Below are positions 5,915-14,950 of a DNA stretch of 64,000 nucleotides, piece by piece. Position numbers and translations under genes: made by a program. The stretch lies in sequence record NC_048016.1. One strand, given 5' to 3'. The notes below the pieces were generated by a model. It did not search any database. It worked only from the letters and a program-made list of their open reading frames with translations, and had not been told where the DNA came from. How positions within the stretch are numbered: the first letter of the stretch is position 1; the number at the start of each line of letters is the position of its first letter.

Positions 5915-6127
5915 GTGCGTATCTTCAAAGTGATGTTCGTTTGGGGTCTGTTTAGTTTCTTTCTGACCGCGATAATCACTGTTCCGATTGGCTTTCGGTT
6001 ATTGAATCCAGAGCGACCATTTGCCGCCACCTGTATTGGTGCACTGGTGAGTTTGTTGCTGGCCGATATCTTTCACCGCGTTTATAACTACTACACATTT
6101 GCAATGTTAAAATACACCCGCATGTAA
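5915..6127 (+). CDS. Small membrane protein (~70 aa, two hydrophobic segments)
   Basis: GAGGAG 5 nt before GTG 5915; hydrophobic translation. Confidence 0.7.
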   Translation: MRIFKVMFVWGLFSFFLTAIITVPIGFRLLNPERPFAATCIGALVSLLLADIFHRVYNYYTFAMLKYTRM

Positions 6128-6206
6128 GACCTGTCTTCGGACAGGTCAACGTGTTTTTATTTTTTGCATTAAAAAAGAAAAGACTGCCCACCTTTCGGCG
6201 GGCAGT
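6128..6206. terminator. Back-to-back terminators between convergent genes
   Basis: GACCTGTC-TTCG-GACAGGTC (+) and an A run plus ACTGCCC/GGGCAGT (-). Confidence 0.75.
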
Positions 6207-6208
6207 GC

Positions 6209-7021
6209 TTAGGCGGTGAAACGACCACCGGACATGTAGTTGAAACGGTCACCGATGTCATCGTTGTGAACCATACAGCGACGCACTTTCGGTATCAGGT
6301 CATCGAACATTTGACCGGCATCGGAATACGTCTGAATCACATCCGCAAAGGCACCGAACTGCATACCGTTCTGTAACTGCCCGGCATCCATATCGAAGAT
6401 GAGCTTGCTGTGGATATAACCCTTACAGGCATACTCCGCCAGTTCCTCAACAATCGGGAAGAAGGCCGGTTTGATTTCGTTCAGCTCTTCGGTCATGGCG
6501 AACTGCGCCATAATCTTCGTGGCGTAAACAAACATCCCCGGGTCTTTTATCACGATAGCGTTCGGGCCTGCGATGCGCACCTCAGCAGATGAGATGCGGG
6601 GCATTGCAGAGTTACTGTCAACGATTTTGTTAACCGAGGCCAGCACACCCGAAGACACCCCATCCAAATACGACCCTGCCGGGGGGAGCGTGTACGCCTG
6701 TCCAGCGACGGGGGTTACTGCAACGTGGGCGGCAACCAGTTCACGACCACCGGTGATTTGCTCATCGATGAAGTACACACGACTGTACTGGTCAATCGGA
6801 TCGGGTTCGTACGTTGCCGAGGTCAGGTCGATTTCCATGTACTGACCAATTCGGGCTACTTCGGGAATGACAAACTCACGCAACACGCGGTTCATTATCT
6901 CATTGTCGACACTACTCGCAATCCCCAGAAGTTTTAAATTGTCGGGGACAAAAGCCGCCCGCAAGATAGGTTCGGGTATCTTGCGACGGATACGACGTAG
7001 GCAAGCATCTAACACATTCAT
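6209..7021 (-). CDS. Conserved virion protein (phiKZ gp42-like by synteny), 270 aa
   Basis: GAGGAG RBS and TATG late-type motifs upstream. N-terminus ..RIRRKIPEPILRAAF resembles phiKZ-family virion proteins (from recall). Confidence 0.75.
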   Translation of the reverse strand: MNVLDACLRRIRRKIPEPILRAAFVPDNLKLLGIASSVDNEIMNRVLREFVIPEVARIGQYMEIDLTSATYEPDPIDQYSRVYFIDEQITGGRELVAAHVAVTPVAGQAYTLPPAGSYLDGVSSGVLASVNKIVDSNSAMPRISSAEVRIAGPNAIVIKDPGMFVYATKIMAQFAMTEELNEIKPAFFPIVEELAEYACKGYIHSKLIFDMDAGQLQNGMQFGAFADVIQTYSDAGQMFDDLIPKVRRCMVHNDDIGDRFNYMSGGRFTA

Positions 7022-7147
7022 TGTACGCTCCTCAGAAACGTTTTGCGGGCACCATAGCAAAAGGCGAAGGGTCAGTACCTACCCATACTAAAATTACATT
7101 ACAGTGCTATTCTGTGCGGCATGACGCAAGGTAAAAAAGATTTAGAT

Positions 7148-7164
7148 AGATATTATTACCATGA
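7148..7164 (+). promoter_or_regulatory. Putative early promoter motif
   Basis: AGATATTAT-TACCA-TGA. Confidence 0.7.
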
Positions 7165-7186
7165 TTAATCGTAAGGAGTATCTAAT

Positions 7187-7498
7187 GTGACCCATGTCGT
7201 GTTTGAGCTGTACCAACAACAGAATCTCTGCACGCCGCTGATGTTAATCAATGCGATGCAGGAGCTGCTTTATCCGGGAATGCATCCCGATATTCCAAGT
7301 TGTGTCCTTGACCATGCCGAGCGCTATTTCGGCAGTTCTGCATGGTTTATGTTGTACTCACTTGGCCGAAATCATTATCAGCCGTTTTACTTTAGCAATG
7401 GGGTTGTACTAACGTGGTCAAACTACACATCGAACCAATTGATGTCCATAATCAGATCTGGGAACCCATCAGCCTGTCACCGTACGGCCGATGTTTAA
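7187..7498 (+). CDS. Hypothetical protein (GTG start)
   Basis: TAAGGAG RBS; first gene of an overlapping operon. Confidence 0.7.
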   Translation: MTHVVFELYQQQNLCTPLMLINAMQELLYPGMHPDIPSCVLDHAERYFGSSAWFMLYSLGRNHYQPFYFSNGVVLTWSNYTSNQLMSIIRSGNPSACHRTADV

Positions 7499-8091
7499 AC
7501 CTGACTGAGAGTGAGCGCCAAAAGTTAACACTCCAATTCTTACACACAGCATTGGAGGATATCTTCCTCTCCATCCCACTGATGCAGCACACGAACTTTG
7601 AAGACCTCCTCGCCCCGTTTGTGAATCAGGAACAGCTTAATGCGTATCTGATGACCTACGGTATGGTCGGGGAACCTGACATTGTTACCACCAAGTCGAC
7701 ACTGACCCAAGAGAGTATTCTGGGTGTCACGCCGACGGGTCAGGTGGAAAAGCAACGGCATGTGTTGATGTCAACCGAGTGTTTAGTACAGCTTGCCTTT
7801 GATGATATGTTCTTGGCATTCCGCGACGGTGTTGAGCAGCTTATCCGCACAGCGTGCCGACGTCTGGAACTTCGATTCAATCCGTACTCAACGGTTACGC
7901 TCAATCCACTGATCAGTCGGAATGGGCGCTTATTAACTCTGGAGTTAATACTCGGTGAAGACATTCGACACATTTACTTCCGTCAGACGTTCCCCGGTGG
8001 ACGATACCGTGAGGGTCACCAGTCTGAAGTTCGTGACCTTTCGGGCTTACGAGAATCTGCTGAAGACGGACATCTTGACAACGGGTTATGA
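7414..8091 (+). CDS. Hypothetical core-block protein
   Basis: 225-aa ORF; start uncertain. Confidence 0.75.
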   Translation: MVKLHIEPIDVHNQIWEPISLSPYGRCLNLTESERQKLTLQFLHTALEDIFLSIPLMQHTNFEDLLAPFVNQEQLNAYLMTYGMVGEPDIVTTKSTLTQESILGVTPTGQVEKQRHVLMSTECLVQLAFDDMFLAFRDGVEQLIRTACRRLELRFNPYSTVTLNPLISRNGRLLTLELILGEDIRHIYFRQTFPGGRYREGHQSEVRDLSGLRESAEDGHLDNGL

Positions 8092-8398
8092 TTGCCAGTT
8101 CGCTATCAAACAAACCATCCTCGATGTCCTCGACTACTTGATTGATACCTTTAGCCCCCACGGGATGTGGGACGCGAAACACGTGCTGCTGTTGTGCCGG
8201 GTCTCGCGTCCTCAGACAACCATTGCCCAAGCCTTTCTCATTACCCGCACGGTGCGTGAGGTGTTATGTGAAGAGCTGGCGGTACCACCCAAAGGCTTTC
8301 GGTTATTACTCAAGCGTCAAGGGGAATTCATTTACTACATTCCTGTAGAGGAAAACGGTTATGATTACTATTCTCCTGCACACGCCGGAGCTGTATAA
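7955..8398 (+). CDS. Hypothetical core-block protein
   Basis: 147-aa ORF overlapping its neighbours; start uncertain. Confidence 0.7.
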   Translation: MKTFDTFTSVRRSPVDDTVRVTSLKFVTFRAYENLLKTDILTTGYDCQFAIKQTILDVLDYLIDTFSPHGMWDAKHVLLLCRVSRPQTTIAQAFLITRTVREVLCEELAVPPKGFRLLLKRQGEFIYYIPVEENGYDYYSPAHAGAV

Positions 8399-8792
8399 GG
8401 AAATCATGGCCGTCATTCGTCGGTTCACTCGCGTCGAGTATCAAGACGAAGCTGAGTTAATCGACTATTATGCCCAGCAGTTTATCCTGACGGAGATTCG
8501 TCGTCGCCAGTTTCCAATCAGCGACAACCAAGCCCGGACAATGGTTTACTGCCAGATATGGGAGCATCCGCTGGTCACGGATTATCTCATTAACCACTCG
8601 GTCATTCATCACATGGTGGACGAGCCGAAGGTGTGGCAAGCGGTCGAAGAAGAAGTCACCTTCTCTGTCGCCGGTGAACCGTGGATGTGGAGTCTCGGTG
8701 CCGGTGTCTGGAAAATATTAACCCTGGGGTACGTGCCATGTCAGAACAATACTTCCTTATCCACAACTACCAATTCAACGCTGGCCCACTGA
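8361..8792 (+). CDS. Hypothetical core-block protein
   Basis: 143-aa ORF; alternative start at 8406. Confidence 0.75.
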   Translation: MITILLHTPELYKEIMAVIRRFTRVEYQDEAELIDYYAQQFILTEIRRRQFPISDNQARTMVYCQIWEHPLVTDYLINHSVIHHMVDEPKVWQAVEEEVTFSVAGEPWMWSLGAGVWKILTLGYVPCQNNTSLSTTTNSTLAH

Positions 8793-9244
8793 CAGAATTC
8801 GATCCTAACTCGATTCTGCGGGAGATTAATACCGATGTGAACAACATCATTAATCAGGCCATCTCGTTTGTTCAAAACGGGACCGTCGGTCAGGTTGACT
8901 ACACCCTGCCGAACGCGATGCAGTTTGTTTCAACTGAACTCAACGCACAGGGCATCACCATTGAAGGTGAAACGCTGATAACGTATGGGCGCGCAATACA
9001 AGATATTGCCAAACTCTACGTCGTGTCCCTGTCGGAGTCGCCGTTCTGGATTACGCGCTTCCCGCAGTTCTGTGGTGCGCGCTACAGTAACCAAGTGCCG
9101 GATGCCGTTGAGATGATGTTGGACTTTAACCAAATCAAATTCCCGGAACTCGAGAACCAACAAACGCTGGATCAGATTGCCCCAATCATGATGAACGTTG
9201 TGATGGAGCTTATCGGGTCACTGGGCGGAGGGTTGAGACCATAA
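8738..9244 (+). CDS. Hypothetical core-block protein
   Basis: ATG 8738 (MSEQYFLIHN...); stop overlaps the next ATG. Confidence 0.8.
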   Translation: MSEQYFLIHNYQFNAGPLTEFDPNSILREINTDVNNIINQAISFVQNGTVGQVDYTLPNAMQFVSTELNAQGITIEGETLITYGRAIQDIAKLYVVSLSESPFWITRFPQFCGARYSNQVPDAVEMMLDFNQIKFPELENQQTLDQIAPIMMNVVMELIGSLGGGLRP

Positions 9245-9813
9245 TGCGCGGTCTTTACGATATGCTCGACATCGTCAAAGGCTACGGGGTAGATAAACTC
9301 TACGAACATGTTCGTGAGCACATCTATAAAATCGTGGAGCGGTCACAGCTTAACTTCGTGGAAACGGATGAAGCGGTTGTTAACCTGTATCAGAAGTACG
9401 CGTTTGCTTATGCGATTGCCACGAAAGCCCGTTGCGTTGACACGCTGGTCGATTTGTTGTTTGAGGACACCCACGACCCGATTGGGAACTGGCAAATCCA
9501 AGAAGACAAAGGCCTGAATGAAATTATCGATAACCTCTCCAAGCCCATGCTCTTCGTTACCCAAGATGAGTTTGCGCTGGAGACGGATTCTTTACAGACA
9601 TTCCCTAACAGTTATGGTTCCGATGAGCAGCATCTTCAAGCGATGCAAGAGGTTCTGGAATTGTTCACGACGGAGATGGAAAGTCAGACTGGGCTGTTCG
9701 CCTTGTTTGACAGTTTACTCCCCGGTGAAATGGAACGCTACTTCGGTGACGATTACTTTAATTTAGTGGTGGTGTGTAATGCGAATGTATCTCAGCTTGG
9801 CGGACATTTATAA
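9244..9813 (+). CDS. Hypothetical core-block protein
   Basis: 189-aa ORF, TAATG coupling. Confidence 0.8.
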   Translation: MRGLYDMLDIVKGYGVDKLYEHVREHIYKIVERSQLNFVETDEAVVNLYQKYAFAYAIATKARCVDTLVDLLFEDTHDPIGNWQIQEDKGLNEIIDNLSKPMLFVTQDEFALETDSLQTFPNSYGSDEQHLQAMQEVLELFTTEMESQTGLFALFDSLLPGEMERYFGDDYFNLVVVCNANVSQLGGHL

Positions 9814-10234
9814 CCCGGAGCCGATGCGGAACGCACTCGAACGAATGAGTCGCCTGTCGGTGGGCACCGCAGAACTCTTCTACATCTTTGTGAGTGAATA
9901 CGCTCGCGAGTGTTTAGAGTCTGTGGTGAGAAATAAATGCCACGGGATAGGTTTCCTAACCTACACCCGACCGGACATCTCTAAGGTGCTCCAGTTACTG
10001 CGACAGTCGGGTATCCCGACTGATACGTGGATTGAGTTGAAAGACAATATTGATGAGTGGTGGAAGTCAGAAGGGCTAAGCGAGGATAGTTTGATTCGTG
10101 CACAGCACCTGCTGCAACTCGCCGAAGCCGCTCGTGCCAATGCAGGCTTAACCTATGAAGCGTTTGCCGAGTCGGTAAAGGTCAAATTAGAAATGAACGA
10201 GATAAGGACGGCGTATATCCTTGTTGAAGTTTAA
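9779..10234 (+). CDS. Hypothetical core-block protein
   Basis: 151-aa ORF. Confidence 0.8.
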   Translation: MRMYLSLADIYNPEPMRNALERMSRLSVGTAELFYIFVSEYARECLESVVRNKCHGIGFLTYTRPDISKVLQLLRQSGIPTDTWIELKDNIDEWWKSEGLSEDSLIRAQHLLQLAEAARANAGLTYEAFAESVKVKLEMNEIRTAYILVEV

Positions 10235-10243
10235 GGAGTAAGC

Positions 10244-10858
10244 ATGGTGTACAGAGTGCTCGCCCCGCAGGCCTACTCGATAGATTTAGGCGTTGTGGGA
10301 TATATCGATCACGGTCAGGATTTCTTACAGGCTGTGAACGACGTGATTAAAGGTCTTGCACCTTTCTCGCTTGAAGTGAATCCAATTAACTTCACGCCAG
10401 AGGCTTTGTTCGACTCCGCTTACGACGGCTTGGTGCTGTCTGCCCAGTCCAAAACTCCTGTGCATTGGCCGACCAGTCGTCGGTCACAGCTCAAGGATTT
10501 TCTGGCGAAGGTGTTTCGTGAGCATCGCCAGTGGAAGTTCCGCTCCAAATACGATGAGGGTTCGGTCAACGACCAAGTCTTCTACGAATTGGAACCGGTA
10601 GCGGAAATCTGTCAGGAGATGAACAAAGGCAGCTTCGACGTGGTGGACGGTATCGTGTCATTCACTATCAGCCGCTTTGCGCACGACCTGTCCATGATTA
10701 TCTTCAACGAGTTCGGTGACACCTTGGAGATGTTTACCAAGGCCCACCGTGCACGCATTAAAGCGGTTCGTGTGAAGGTGGATGCGGGCAGGTTGGACAG
10801 CGCAATGCTGGACATGAAAATGCTCATTGAAGTTGAAGAGGGCGAAAATGACCGTTGA
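10244..10858 (+). CDS. Hypothetical core-block protein
   Basis: AAGGAG RBS; 204 aa. Confidence 0.85.
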   Translation: MVYRVLAPQAYSIDLGVVGYIDHGQDFLQAVNDVIKGLAPFSLEVNPINFTPEALFDSAYDGLVLSAQSKTPVHWPTSRRSQLKDFLAKVFREHRQWKFRSKYDEGSVNDQVFYELEPVAEICQEMNKGSFDVVDGIVSFTISRFAHDLSMIIFNEFGDTLEMFTKAHRARIKAVRVKVDAGRLDSAMLDMKMLIEVEEGENDR

Positions 10859-11258
10859 TGTTAAGCAGTTCGAACCGGGACAAATCGTTAACCTCATCTA
10901 CGACACGGAGGCTCTTGCACAGGAGTCCCGCGTGGTGGTGCAGGGGTACATCGGTTTTGCTCAGGCACAGAAAACAGAAGATGTTCGTGTTAAGCACAGC
11001 AACATCTACTCGACGCTGGTCAGTAAGCCTGAGAATAAAATCGAAAAGAGTTTGTTCCTGCTCTACACCGACAGCAATAACAAGTTGCACGTCGCCGCTG
11101 ATGTGTGGCTACGTGAGGTGAAGATTATCAAGAACCTCCAAGTGAACTTTACCGTGACCTTGGACAATCGCGATGAGCTTGACCTGATGACGAAAGCGCT
11201 GGCAGCCCGTGGGTTCAGTGATGTCAAATACGACATCGTTGATAACACGGCCGGGTGA
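10848..11258 (+). CDS. Conserved small beta-rich protein (phiKZ gp49-like by synteny, possible SH3-like fold)
   Basis: Sits directly upstream of the polymerase gene; beta-strand pattern. Confidence 0.75.
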   Translation: MTVDVKQFEPGQIVNLIYDTEALAQESRVVVQGYIGFAQAQKTEDVRVKHSNIYSTLVSKPENKIEKSLFLLYTDSNNKLHVAADVWLREVKIIKNLQVNFTVTLDNRDELDLMTKALAARGFSDVKYDIVDNTAG

Positions 11259-11264
11259 GAAAGG

Positions 11265-11299
11265 CCTACCGCTTCGGCGGTAGGTTCTTCTTTTTTTTT
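11265..11299 (+). terminator. Intrinsic terminator
   Basis: CCTACCGC-TTCG-GCGGTAGG plus a T run. Confidence 0.9.
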
Positions 11300-11322
11300 C
11301 ACAGCAGCGTTATCTATTATAG
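11299..11322 (+). promoter_or_regulatory. Putative middle promoter of the DNA polymerase gene
   Basis: TCAC-N15-TATAG. Confidence 0.5.
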
Positions 11323-11347
11323 ATGAAGACTTGGACAGGAGTTAGCC

Positions 11348-13636
11348 GTGAGCTACCAAGAACCCTTCCGGCTAACGGAAGATGAGTACGACCGCGATAT
11401 TGATGTTCAAGACGCGTACCTGCAACAAGTTACCCATTATATCTTTACCATGCTCTGCGGTGAGTACACCGAGGAGTACATCCGTGCACAGCTCGAAAGC
11501 ATGTTCGGACCCGAGGGTGAACTGCAACACAGTTACCCGACCTGTAAGATGTGGGTGCGTAATCCACAGACTGGCGATCGTGAAGAGAAACACACCACGG
11601 TCGATAAGCTATTTCGTAAGGTTATCGAAAAGGACATTATCTTTGCCCCGTCGTTAACCTTCTACATGCCGGAGTCTGCTAAGCGTTCCAAGCTTTCGGA
11701 GTTTACTGCCGATAACGTGCGTAAACGTGGCGTGATCAAAGGCGAGATGCAAGATGCATTCGCCGCCGGTAATCCGGTTCTGGGGACCAATAAAAAGAAC
11801 GAGCAGAACGCCGTTAAGACCCTGAACAACGGCATGTCCGGTGCGTTCTCATCGCCGTACACCATTCTCTTTAACCAGTCAGCACACTCCACGTTGACCT
11901 CGACGTGTCGTACGGCCACCTCGTTTGGTAATGCCGGTAACGAACGTCTGCTGGGTGGTCGTCGTCATTACGACAATGCATCGCGTGTTATCGATCACTT
12001 CCTCAGCATCTCGACACTCACCGACTTCGTTGAGTTCAAAGCGTGCATGGACAAATACGGTCTGCATGTACCGACCGTTGATGAAACCATGGAAGTCATC
12101 GAATACTCAGCGAATGACTACTGGCGTTCAACAGACAACATGGCGAAGGTACGCCACTACGTTGAACGGACGCATGACATGGCGCGTGCGGCCTTCGTCT
12201 ACATGGGTGACTTCTTCCATCTGGCGAAGTACAACGACGAATTCATGCGTGGCTTTATCGGTGCCTTGATTGCCAAGGACATGGCCTGTGAAGAAGAAAT
12301 CACAGACTGGAAAGCCGCTGAGAAATCGGTTGACGGGGACATGAAAATCATCATCTCCCAGTTCCGTACCGATATCGTGCCAAAAGGCAAGTCGTTCAAA
12401 GACGTGAAGTTGATTAACGATGAAACCAAGGTGCCGTTGCCGTGGGACGAGCAGGGCAAATACAAAGAGCTGATTCGCTCTGCGTTGTTCCTGCAAAAAA
12501 CCATCGGGCAATACAGCTGCCTTATCAAAAACATCCTGACCACCAAAAACCTGCCAATCAACATTGCGCGTCTGCCGGATGTGATTCGTAATGTGGGGGT
12601 GGTGTCAGATACTGACTCAACCATGATGACCGCACAGTGGTGGGCACAGTGGTACACAGGCAAGCATTACGGTGAAGAGGCTACCCGTGTATCGGATGCC
12701 ATGATCTACATCGCTACGCAGCACCTGCGTCACCTGATGGCGAGTATGTCAGTGAACTTGGGCGTGGCAAAGAAACGTCTGTTCCTGTACGCCATGAAGA
12801 ACGAGTATAAGTTTGACTCGTTTGCTTTGACCACGAAAGCCAAACACTACTTCTCCATTATCACGGGGCAGGAAGGTCAGCTGAAGAAAGAGCCGGAACT
12901 CGAAGTTAAGGGTGTATCCCTGCGTACCTCGAACATCCCGCCTGTCATCATGCGTGAGTTTAAGAAAACCATTAAGCAGTTGTGCATTCAGGTCGCTGCC
13001 GGTGAGAAGATTGAAATTGTGAAGCTGCTGGAGAAGGTCGCCAGTATCGAACACAACGTCATGGACTCCATCAAAGCCGGTAACGGTAACTTCTTGAAGA
13101 CCACGAACATCAAAGACCGTTCTGCGTATACGGGCGACGAGAAGCAATACCATTACCACCGCATGTACAACACTATCTTCGGGCCGAAATACGGCATGCT
13201 GCCAGAACCACCGTACGACTGCGTAAAACTTCCGGTTAACCTCCAGAACAAAACCGCAATCAACGACTGGCTGGAAAGCATCAAAGACCCGATTATCAAA
13301 AACGGCGCGAAGGCTTGGTTTGAAGAAACCAACTATCGCAAATATACCACCTTGGTTATCCCGGGCCACCTGATTGAGAACTTCGGCCTGCCAGAAGATC
13401 TCAGCATCGTTGCCGACGTTCGTCGTTCTGCGTTTGCAACCGTAGAACCTTATTACCACGCACTGGAGTGTTTGGGTGTGTTCATGATTGATAAGAACCG
13501 TACGCGTCTGTTGTCAGACTACTACGGTGCCTCTATCGAAGATGTCATGGCGCAACTGGAAGCTGCAGACGACGGTGAAGAGCTGTGGGAAGACGAGGAA
13601 GAAGAGGACGACGACGATGCTGTCGAAGAAGATTGA
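11348..13636 (+). CDS. Family B DNA polymerase, C-terminal (palm motifs B and C) subunit, phiKZ gp50-like
   Basis: Motif B EQNAVKTLNNGMSGAF, motif C VVSDTDST, KAKHY and EVKG; acidic tail; no motif A or exonuclease. Confidence 0.9.
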   Translation: MSYQEPFRLTEDEYDRDIDVQDAYLQQVTHYIFTMLCGEYTEEYIRAQLESMFGPEGELQHSYPTCKMWVRNPQTGDREEKHTTVDKLFRKVIEKDIIFAPSLTFYMPESAKRSKLSEFTADNVRKRGVIKGEMQDAFAAGNPVLGTNKKNEQNAVKTLNNGMSGAFSSPYTILFNQSAHSTLTSTCRTATSFGNAGNERLLGGRRHYDNASRVIDHFLSISTLTDFVEFKACMDKYGLHVPTVDETMEVIEYSANDYWRSTDNMAKVRHYVERTHDMARAAFVYMGDFFHLAKYNDEFMRGFIGALIAKDMACEEEITDWKAAEKSVDGDMKIIISQFRTDIVPKGKSFKDVKLINDETKVPLPWDEQGKYKELIRSALFLQKTIGQYSCLIKNILTTKNLPINIARLPDVIRNVGVVSDTDSTMMTAQWWAQWYTGKHYGEEATRVSDAMIYIATQHLRHLMASMSVNLGVAKKRLFLYAMKNEYKFDSFALTTKAKHYFSIITGQEGQLKKEPELEVKGVSLRTSNIPPVIMREFKKTIKQLCIQVAAGEKIEIVKLLEKVASIEHNVMDSIKAGNGNFLKTTNIKDRSAYTGDEKQYHYHRMYNTIFGPKYGMLPEPPYDCVKLPVNLQNKTAINDWLESIKDPIIKNGAKAWFEETNYRKYTTLVIPGHLIENFGLPEDLSIVADVRRSAFATVEPYYHALECLGVFMIDKNRTRLLSDYYGASIEDVMAQLEAADDGEELWEDEEEEDDDDAVEED

Positions 13637-13982
13637 AACGCACATTCGTAACTCGGTTGAGCAGTATCTGAATAAGCTGCGCAGTTGCCCGGGGATTACC
13701 CGGGTGGATTGTGAGTTCGACGGTAAAGACGGTCTGGTGATGCGGGCGGTGCACGAAGTCAATACGCAGGTGGTTAAACTTACTCCTGCGGAGATGGAGC
13801 ATCTGACCCGCACTGCGTACGAATACGTCGCAGCGAAAGGTTTCCCTCAGTTAGGCGCTGTCTACGAGGAGAAGGTGCGTGTCGCGGCGTTGGAGTACGC
13901 AAGCCAAGGTGTGCAAATCAAGGAAGTCGTCCTGCGGGGCGATGCCCATCCGTTTCGTGTCACGTATTTGGCGAAGCAATGA
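13617..13982 (+). CDS. Hypothetical protein (121 aa)
   Basis: ATG 13617 overlaps the end of the polymerase gene; ATGA coupling to the next gene. Confidence 0.75.
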   Translation: MLSKKIETHIRNSVEQYLNKLRSCPGITRVDCEFDGKDGLVMRAVHEVNTQVVKLTPAEMEHLTRTAYEYVAAKGFPQLGAVYEEKVRVAALEYASQGVQIKEVVLRGDAHPFRVTYLAKQ

Positions 13983-14176
13983 ACTACAACGATCAGAAGG
14001 CCATTGCCAAAGCCCAAGCGGCGGCGTCAGAGATGCGGCGTGAATTAGAGGAGCGTGGACTCGAACAGGTTATCTGTCACCACGTTTCCCCAACTAACAT
14101 TCGATTTACAGCGTACAACCCCAAGAAGAAAAGAACGATTGAATCTCATGGGGTTGTGCGGGAGGACACAGAATGA
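13979..14176 (+). CDS. Hypothetical protein (65 aa)
   Basis: ATGA-coupled on both sides. Confidence 0.75.
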   Translation: MNYNDQKAIAKAQAAASEMRRELEERGLEQVICHHVSPTNIRFTAYNPKKKRTIESHGVVREDTE

Positions 14177-14472
14177 AGATGTATGCCTTCAGATTTAAAG
14201 ACGGTGGTCAGCACCAACACTTTGCCTACGAGACCGAAGAGGAAGCATTCCTCGAGTTTCTCAAGGGGCATTTGAAACAAGGCGACATCCCGACGTTTGA
14301 ATACGACGAGGGGGTGCCGCACTTCCGCCACTCATCTGATATCCAGTTGCCGGATTTCTTCTACTGGGAAATCGAAGATGGGCACGCCAAAGATCAAGTC
14401 GGGTACACAGGCTACACCCTGCGCAAGTGGCTTGAAAAACGATTCATGAAGTTCACCGAAAACAAAACGTAA
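14173..14472 (+). CDS. Hypothetical protein (99 aa)
   Basis: GGAGG RBS, coupled start. Confidence 0.8.
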   Translation: MKMYAFRFKDGGQHQHFAYETEEEAFLEFLKGHLKQGDIPTFEYDEGVPHFRHSSDIQLPDFFYWEIEDGHAKDQVGYTGYTLRKWLEKRFMKFTENKT

Positions 14473-14481
14473 GGAGTTGCC

Positions 14482-14859
14482 ATGGGTTCTGTTCGTAAAT
14501 TGCATTACTGTGCCATCCCGGGAGATTCTACTGTGCCTGTTGGTACGCCGCTCTATCGTACCTCGTATGCCGCTGCCCGCGAGTTCCTAAGAGAGCATCC
14601 GGACTTCAGCGAAGACCAAGGTAGCTACTTTGGCAAGCAGGTCTTTATCGGTAACGACACTGACAAAAAGTACAGTGTGGTGATTGGAACGGTTACCGTT
14701 TCATCCGATGAAGCCGATCCGAAGGTATTGCTGGAGGAGCACTGCGTGAACCAGATGGTGTATTGCGATATGGCGTACGACGATTTCGTTTCCGGCTTAC
14801 CGGTGCTGACTGTCCGCAAGGATAATCACGAAAAGCTGATCACGAAAGCTGCAGGCTAA
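14482..14859 (+). CDS. Hypothetical protein (125 aa)
   Basis: AAGGAG RBS; terminator follows. Confidence 0.85.
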   Translation: MGSVRKLHYCAIPGDSTVPVGTPLYRTSYAAAREFLREHPDFSEDQGSYFGKQVFIGNDTDKKYSVVIGTVTVSSDEADPKVLLEEHCVNQMVYCDMAYDDFVSGLPVLTVRKDNHEKLITKAAG

Positions 14860-14895
14860 TAAAAAGAAAGCCCTGCACCGTGAGGTGCAGGTTTT
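14860..14895. terminator. Bidirectional terminator
   Basis: A run, CCTGCACC-GTGA-GGTGCAGG, T run, between convergent genes. Confidence 0.8.
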
Positions 14896-14950
14896 ATTAC
14901 CCTATTATATGAAGCATCCTAACGGGTGTTTCGTGCAGGGGAAAGAATTG

